DNA of 64,000 nucleotides from an uncultured Spirochaetota bacterium (GTDB lineage Bacteria; Spirochaetota; Spirochaetia; SZUA-6; Fen-1364): NCBI GenBank assembly GCA_963781885.1, contig CAWAHW010000006.1, positions 128,001 to 192,000 of the forward strand, read 5' to 3'. Shown piece by piece: positions 60,317 to 64,000 of this stretch (position 1 is its first letter; each line of letters starts with the position of its first letter). The notes under the pieces were generated by a model. It saw only the letters and a program-made list of their open reading frames with translations, ran no database searches and was not told where the DNA came from. The position numbers and the translations under genes were made by a program.

Positions 60317-61831
60317 TCAGTCGATCTCTTTTTGCGCCGCGCGCGCCTTGCGGATCTCCTCATTCAATGCGTCGCGCAGCCACTCCCGCTCCCGCTCGGA
60401 CAGGTTCTCCCCGAAGCGCAGTGTTGACACGCCGACGTCGAGGCTGAGCCGGGCGCCCGATCGGCTGCGGCCGTGGGACCGGTAGCGCGGCAGGTCGCCC
60501 CATCCGCGGTCGCGGCGGTAGCGGTCCATGTTCCCCCACGAATCGCCCCAGGTGCCGCGCGACCGGTAGCGCGACCCGCGCCCCTCCTCCAGCCGGCACT
60601 CACCAACGTCCGAAAGCGGCACCGAGCGCCTGCGGGAGAAGAAAAACAGCCGCCGCGTCCATGAAAACTCCCCCGGGCCCACCTCGATGCCCAGTTTCCC
60701 GAATAGCGACGACACAATCCAGGAGATCGAGCTCAGGCCCATGATGATGAAGGGAAGCGATATGAGCGTGGTGGACAGGATCCTGCCGCTTCGAAACGAG
60801 GAGGAAGACCAGAAGCCGCCGAACATGATCCAGAAGAAGACAAAACCGCCGAATGCCGGCATGCCCCGACCCATGCCGCCGCCGGGAATCAGGAAGCGCA
60901 CCGCGTCTCCCTCCACGCTGCGCAGGATGCGCGAGCCGCTGGGCGGGCGGTCCAGGGGCAGGCCGGTGCCCGGCGCGTCAGCTTCGGCGGCGCGGGTCTG
61001 CGCCCGCTGCGCCTGCGGCGCGGGAGGCTGCACGCGATGCTCCAGCAGGGCGATGGCGTCGTCGATGGAGAGCGTGCGCTTGGATTCGTCCGGCTCCAGC
61101 CAATTGCCCAGAACGCGCGCGAGCCCCGCGGAGGAGATCTCGATGACCGAGGCAAAATCGACCTTCATCTCCTTCACCGGAAGATCCGCCGGGTTGCGGT
61201 GGGTGAGCAGGAAGAGAAGGGTCGCCGCCACGGCGTAGAGGTCGGACCGCACGCTTGCCCGGCCGACAAACTGTTCCATCGGCGTATAACCCGGCGTGCC
61301 GACGATGGTGTTCGTGACCGCCATGGAGAGCCGGATGGCGTCCTGCACGCCGCCGAAATCCAGCAGGAATATCTCCCCGTCGATGCGCTGAATGGTATTG
61401 CGCGGGTTGATGTCGCGGTGGATCACCGGCGGCCGCACGGAGTGGATGTAGGAGACGATGTTTGCAAGGCGGACGCCGACGTCCCTGATCTCCTGCTCCG
61501 TGGCGCGCCAGCCCGCCTCCACGCGCGCCTGGAGGCTCTGGCCGTCCACGAACTCCCGCACGAGCACGAACTGCGGCATCCCTTCAAGCTCTTCACGGAA
61601 GAAATCCACGTATGCCGGGATGCAGGGGTGATGGAGGTCACGGAGGACAGCTGCCTCGCGCTCGAAAAGCTCCACCGTCTTCCAGTCGCCCAGCAGCCCC
61701 AGGTGCAGGAGCTTCACCACCACGTCCCGCCCGGTTGCGGTCTCCCGCGCAAGGTACGTGATGCCCGCGCCGCCCCTGCCCAGCTCGCGGACGATCTCAT
61801 ACTTGCCGGAAAGTGTCTCCCCGGGATTCAT
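60317..61831 (-). CDS. Ser/Thr protein kinase with C-terminal TM segments
   Basis: LGRGGAG, VVVK, HRDINPRN, DFG, GTPGYTPME, SDLY. Confidence 0.9.
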   Translation of the reverse strand: MNPGETLSGKYEIVRELGRGGAGITYLARETATGRDVVVKLLHLGLLGDWKTVELFEREAAVLRDLHHPCIPAYVDFFREELEGMPQFVLVREFVDGQSLQARVEAGWRATEQEIRDVGVRLANIVSYIHSVRPPVIHRDINPRNTIQRIDGEIFLLDFGGVQDAIRLSMAVTNTIVGTPGYTPMEQFVGRASVRSDLYAVAATLLFLLTHRNPADLPVKEMKVDFASVIEISSAGLARVLGNWLEPDESKRTLSIDDAIALLEHRVQPPAPQAQRAQTRAAEADAPGTGLPLDRPPSGSRILRSVEGDAVRFLIPGGGMGRGMPAFGGFVFFWIMFGGFWSSSSFRSGRILSTTLISLPFIIMGLSSISWIVSSLFGKLGIEVGPGEFSWTRRLFFFSRRRSVPLSDVGECRLEEGRGSRYRSRGTWGDSWGNMDRYRRDRGWGDLPRYRSHGRSRSGARLSLDVGVSTLRFGENLSEREREWLRDALNEEIRKARAAQKEID

Positions 61832-61923
61832 GCGGGCGCCGACTCCATGGAGGGATCATAGCAGACAGACAGAGGACACAAAAAGGCCCCCAGGTGGGGG
61901 CCCACATTTTGACAATAATGACG

Positions 61924-62331
61924 TTATTGCTTGGTCAACTGTTCCTGAACGCCGCTGCTCGCAACGACGTAGGCGGTCTTATTGTTGCTGGTTAGAGTGA
62001 TGGTCGTGATTCCAGAATAGCCCGCGGTGTTGCAAATCAGCGTATAAACGCCCGAGTCATTCTGCCAGCTTCCGGCGACGGCAGTCGTTGTGGCACTCTG
62101 CGTGAAACTGCCGGACCACGAGCCGTCACCCGCGACCGTGGTCGTGCCGGAAACGCCGAAGTACGACGCGTCGTGCCAGCTCCCGTCACTGCCGGACGTC
62201 ATGAGCATCTTCGATACAGTCCACGTCCCGACGATGGGATCCAGCGAAGGGATGAGGCCCTCAAAGACGTTGCATCCGGCGAACAGCAGGACCAGAAGGA
62301 TGATGATTGCAAAAGGCAGTGCTCTCTTCAT
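61924..62331 (-). CDS. Lipoprotein with lipocalin-like domain
   Basis: Lipobox LFAGC, DPIVGTW, GSW. Confidence 0.65.
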   Translation of the reverse strand: MKRALPFAIIILLVLLFAGCNVFEGLIPSLDPIVGTWTVSKMLMTSGSDGSWHDASYFGVSGTTTVAGDGSWSGSFTQSATTTAVAGSWQNDSGVYTLICNTAGYSGITTITLTSNNKTAYVVASSGVQEQLTKQ

Positions 62332-62546
62332 GCGCGACTCCTTTCGATGCATGGGCCGGACCGACATCCCGGCCTTTGACACGAATCCTATCCCGCCGGC
62401 GGCCGGAATTACTCACGGCGGATTATCGGAGACTCCGGAAAAATTACTGTTGTCGATCGATTGCCGCGAGCTGGACCGTCGGCTTCGCCACGGCCTTGCG
62501 CGCTCCCTGCAATCATGCAATCGTAACGCCATTCAGGAGGTGCACC

Positions 62547-63020
62547 ATGTCCCGGCTCATCACGGTGATTGCATTGATACTCATAGGTTTCCTTGCCGCG
62601 GGAGCGGTGTTTGCCCAGGACCTGCAGCCGAAGGCCGAGTGGCCCGCTTATCTCCTCAGCGTCTTCATCGGCTTTGGAACGGGGCACTACTACCTTGGAG
62701 CGAACGGGACGCCCTTCCTGATAGGAGACGTCCTCGGCCTGGGGGTGGAGGTCGGGGGCCTTCTCTACGAGCTGGGCGCCGCCGTCGCGCTTGACACGAC
62801 CCAGACGCTCGACGGGCTTACGCTGGTCATCGTGGGGGCAGGCATCTTCCTGGTTTCCCGTATCTGGGAGGTGGTCGATGTATTCAGCGCCGCCGATGAG
62901 GCAAGAAAGGCCGGGCGGGTTGCGGCGGTCGTTCCCGTCTTCAGCGTGCGCCGCACGTCCTTTGAATCGGGCGTTGCGCCGGCTCTTTCATACGAGGTGG
63001 GAGTTTCTCTGACGTACTGA
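62547..63020 (+). CDS. Borrelia P13-like membrane protein
   Basis: Signal peptide, then P.YLLSVFIGFGTGHYYLG and SRIWE; GGAGG RBS. Confidence 0.6.
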   Translation: MSRLITVIALILIGFLAAGAVFAQDLQPKAEWPAYLLSVFIGFGTGHYYLGANGTPFLIGDVLGLGVEVGGLLYELGAAVALDTTQTLDGLTLVIVGAGIFLVSRIWEVVDVFSAADEARKAGRVAAVVPVFSVRRTSFESGVAPALSYEVGVSLTY

Positions 63021-63183
63021 CGCCGCGGCCGCGCCGGGAGGAGGCAATCCCGGGACGCCCCGCCTTGACACCATGATGAGGCCGCTTTATACCAGCAGCA
63101 CAATGTCCGCTTGATGCCGCTATCTCCGACACTCCTTCACCCCTCTTTCTTGCTGGCAGCAACGCCGCCAAAGGAGATATCGC

Positions 63184-64000
63184 GTGCGCAATCTTGTGCT
63201 CCAATACCGGGGATTGCCCCGCCCGGTCTACATCCTCTTCCTTTCCAACATCGTTGATTCAGCCGGGTGTTTCGTCTTCCCGCTTCTCACCCTTGTGCTC
63301 ACGAGCAAGCTGGGGCTTTCCAGCGCCACGGCAGGCTTCGTCGTGGGGGGGATCGCCGCCCTGACGGCCCCGGCGCTCCTCCTGGGAGGAAAACTGGCGG
63401 ACCGGATGGGCAGAAAGCCCACCATCGTCCTGTTCGTCGGCAGCTCGGTTGCGCTGTATGCCGTCTGCGGGCTCCTCCCGCCCTCCCCCGCGATGCTCGC
63501 GTTCCTGATCGTCGGCATTACGCTCCTGAATGCATCCGGGCCTGCGCGCGCCGCGCTTGTCGCGGACCTTACATCCCCCGCGCAGCGGCAGGTTGCGTAT
63601 GGGCTGCTCTACCTCGGGTTCAATATCGGATTCGCCGCGGGCCCCGCAATCGGCGGCTTCCTCCTGGAGCGGCACCTGGGCGTCATGTTTCTTCTGGATG
63701 CAGCGACAACCCTTGCCGCCCTGCTGGCCCTCGTTGTCTGGGTCCCGGAAGCCGGCGCGCGCAGGGCCTTGTCTGCCGGGCCGGCGAAACAAGAAGCCCC
63801 CGCGCAGGGCTCCATTCTCTCCGTGGTCCGGCAGAGTCCGGTCCTCCTCATCCTGTCCGTGCTGCTCCTGGGCTATTCCTTTGCCTATTCACAGTTGAGC
63901 TTTCTCCTGCCCATCCAATTCTCACGCCTGTTCGGAAGCTCGGGGGCGGCAAAGTACGGCCTGATCGCCGGCATGAACGGGCTCATCGTGATCGTTTTCA
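63184..64000 (+). CDS. MFS transporter, runs off the window end
   Basis: AAGGAG RBS, GTG start, YRGLPRPV, motif A GGKLADRMGRK, NIGFAAGPAIGG. Confidence 0.85.
   Translation, partial: MRNLVLQYRGLPRPVYILFLSNIVDSAGCFVFPLLTLVLTSKLGLSSATAGFVVGGIAALTAPALLLGGKLADRMGRKPTIVLFVGSSVALYAVCGLLPPSPAMLAFLIVGITLLNASGPARAALVADLTSPAQRQVAYGLLYLGFNIGFAAGPAIGGFLLERHLGVMFLLDAATTLAALLALVVWVPEAGARRALSAGPAKQEAPAQGSILSVVRQSPVLLILSVLLLGYSFAYSQLSFLLPIQFSRLFGSSGAAKYGLIAGMNGLIVIVF

Overview
GC-rich bacterial chromosome segment, probably from a Spirochaetia member (inferred from a Borrelia P13-like membrane protein; not proven). Host genes: aminotransferase, hisC, IscA/HesB, ferritin-like protein, a membrane-tethered ECF sigma/RskA fusion, rsgA, DD-carboxypeptidase, cobQ, hsp20, APC permease, pstSCAB-B-phoU, a TonB-dependent receptor plus tonB, Ser/Thr kinase and an MFS transporter. 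There are three mobile layers. (1) A ~120-bp MITE in two copies with 9-bp target duplications. (2) An IS1111-type IS110-family element inserted in the end of one MITE copy; its downstream non-coding region carries readable bridge/seek-RNA guides matching both the MITE target and its own circle junction. (3) A ~36.9-kb, lower-GC, podovirus-like prophage (23335-60219) integrated by a large serine recombinase at a TA dinucleotide inside tonB, cutting off the last 21 codons; exact excision would restore the gene. The prophage carries a ~383-aa Cys-Xaa3 repeat protein (about 64 Cys) beside a CXXX-modification-system-like accessory gene but no radical SAM enzyme, three tandem HxH-rich fibre paralogues, and a protein with three nested (Russian-doll) domain copies. 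Many single-base frameshifts between ~22370 and ~59560 look like consensus errors, so several gene models were repaired by hand. All family assignments come from motif recognition; no database search was run.
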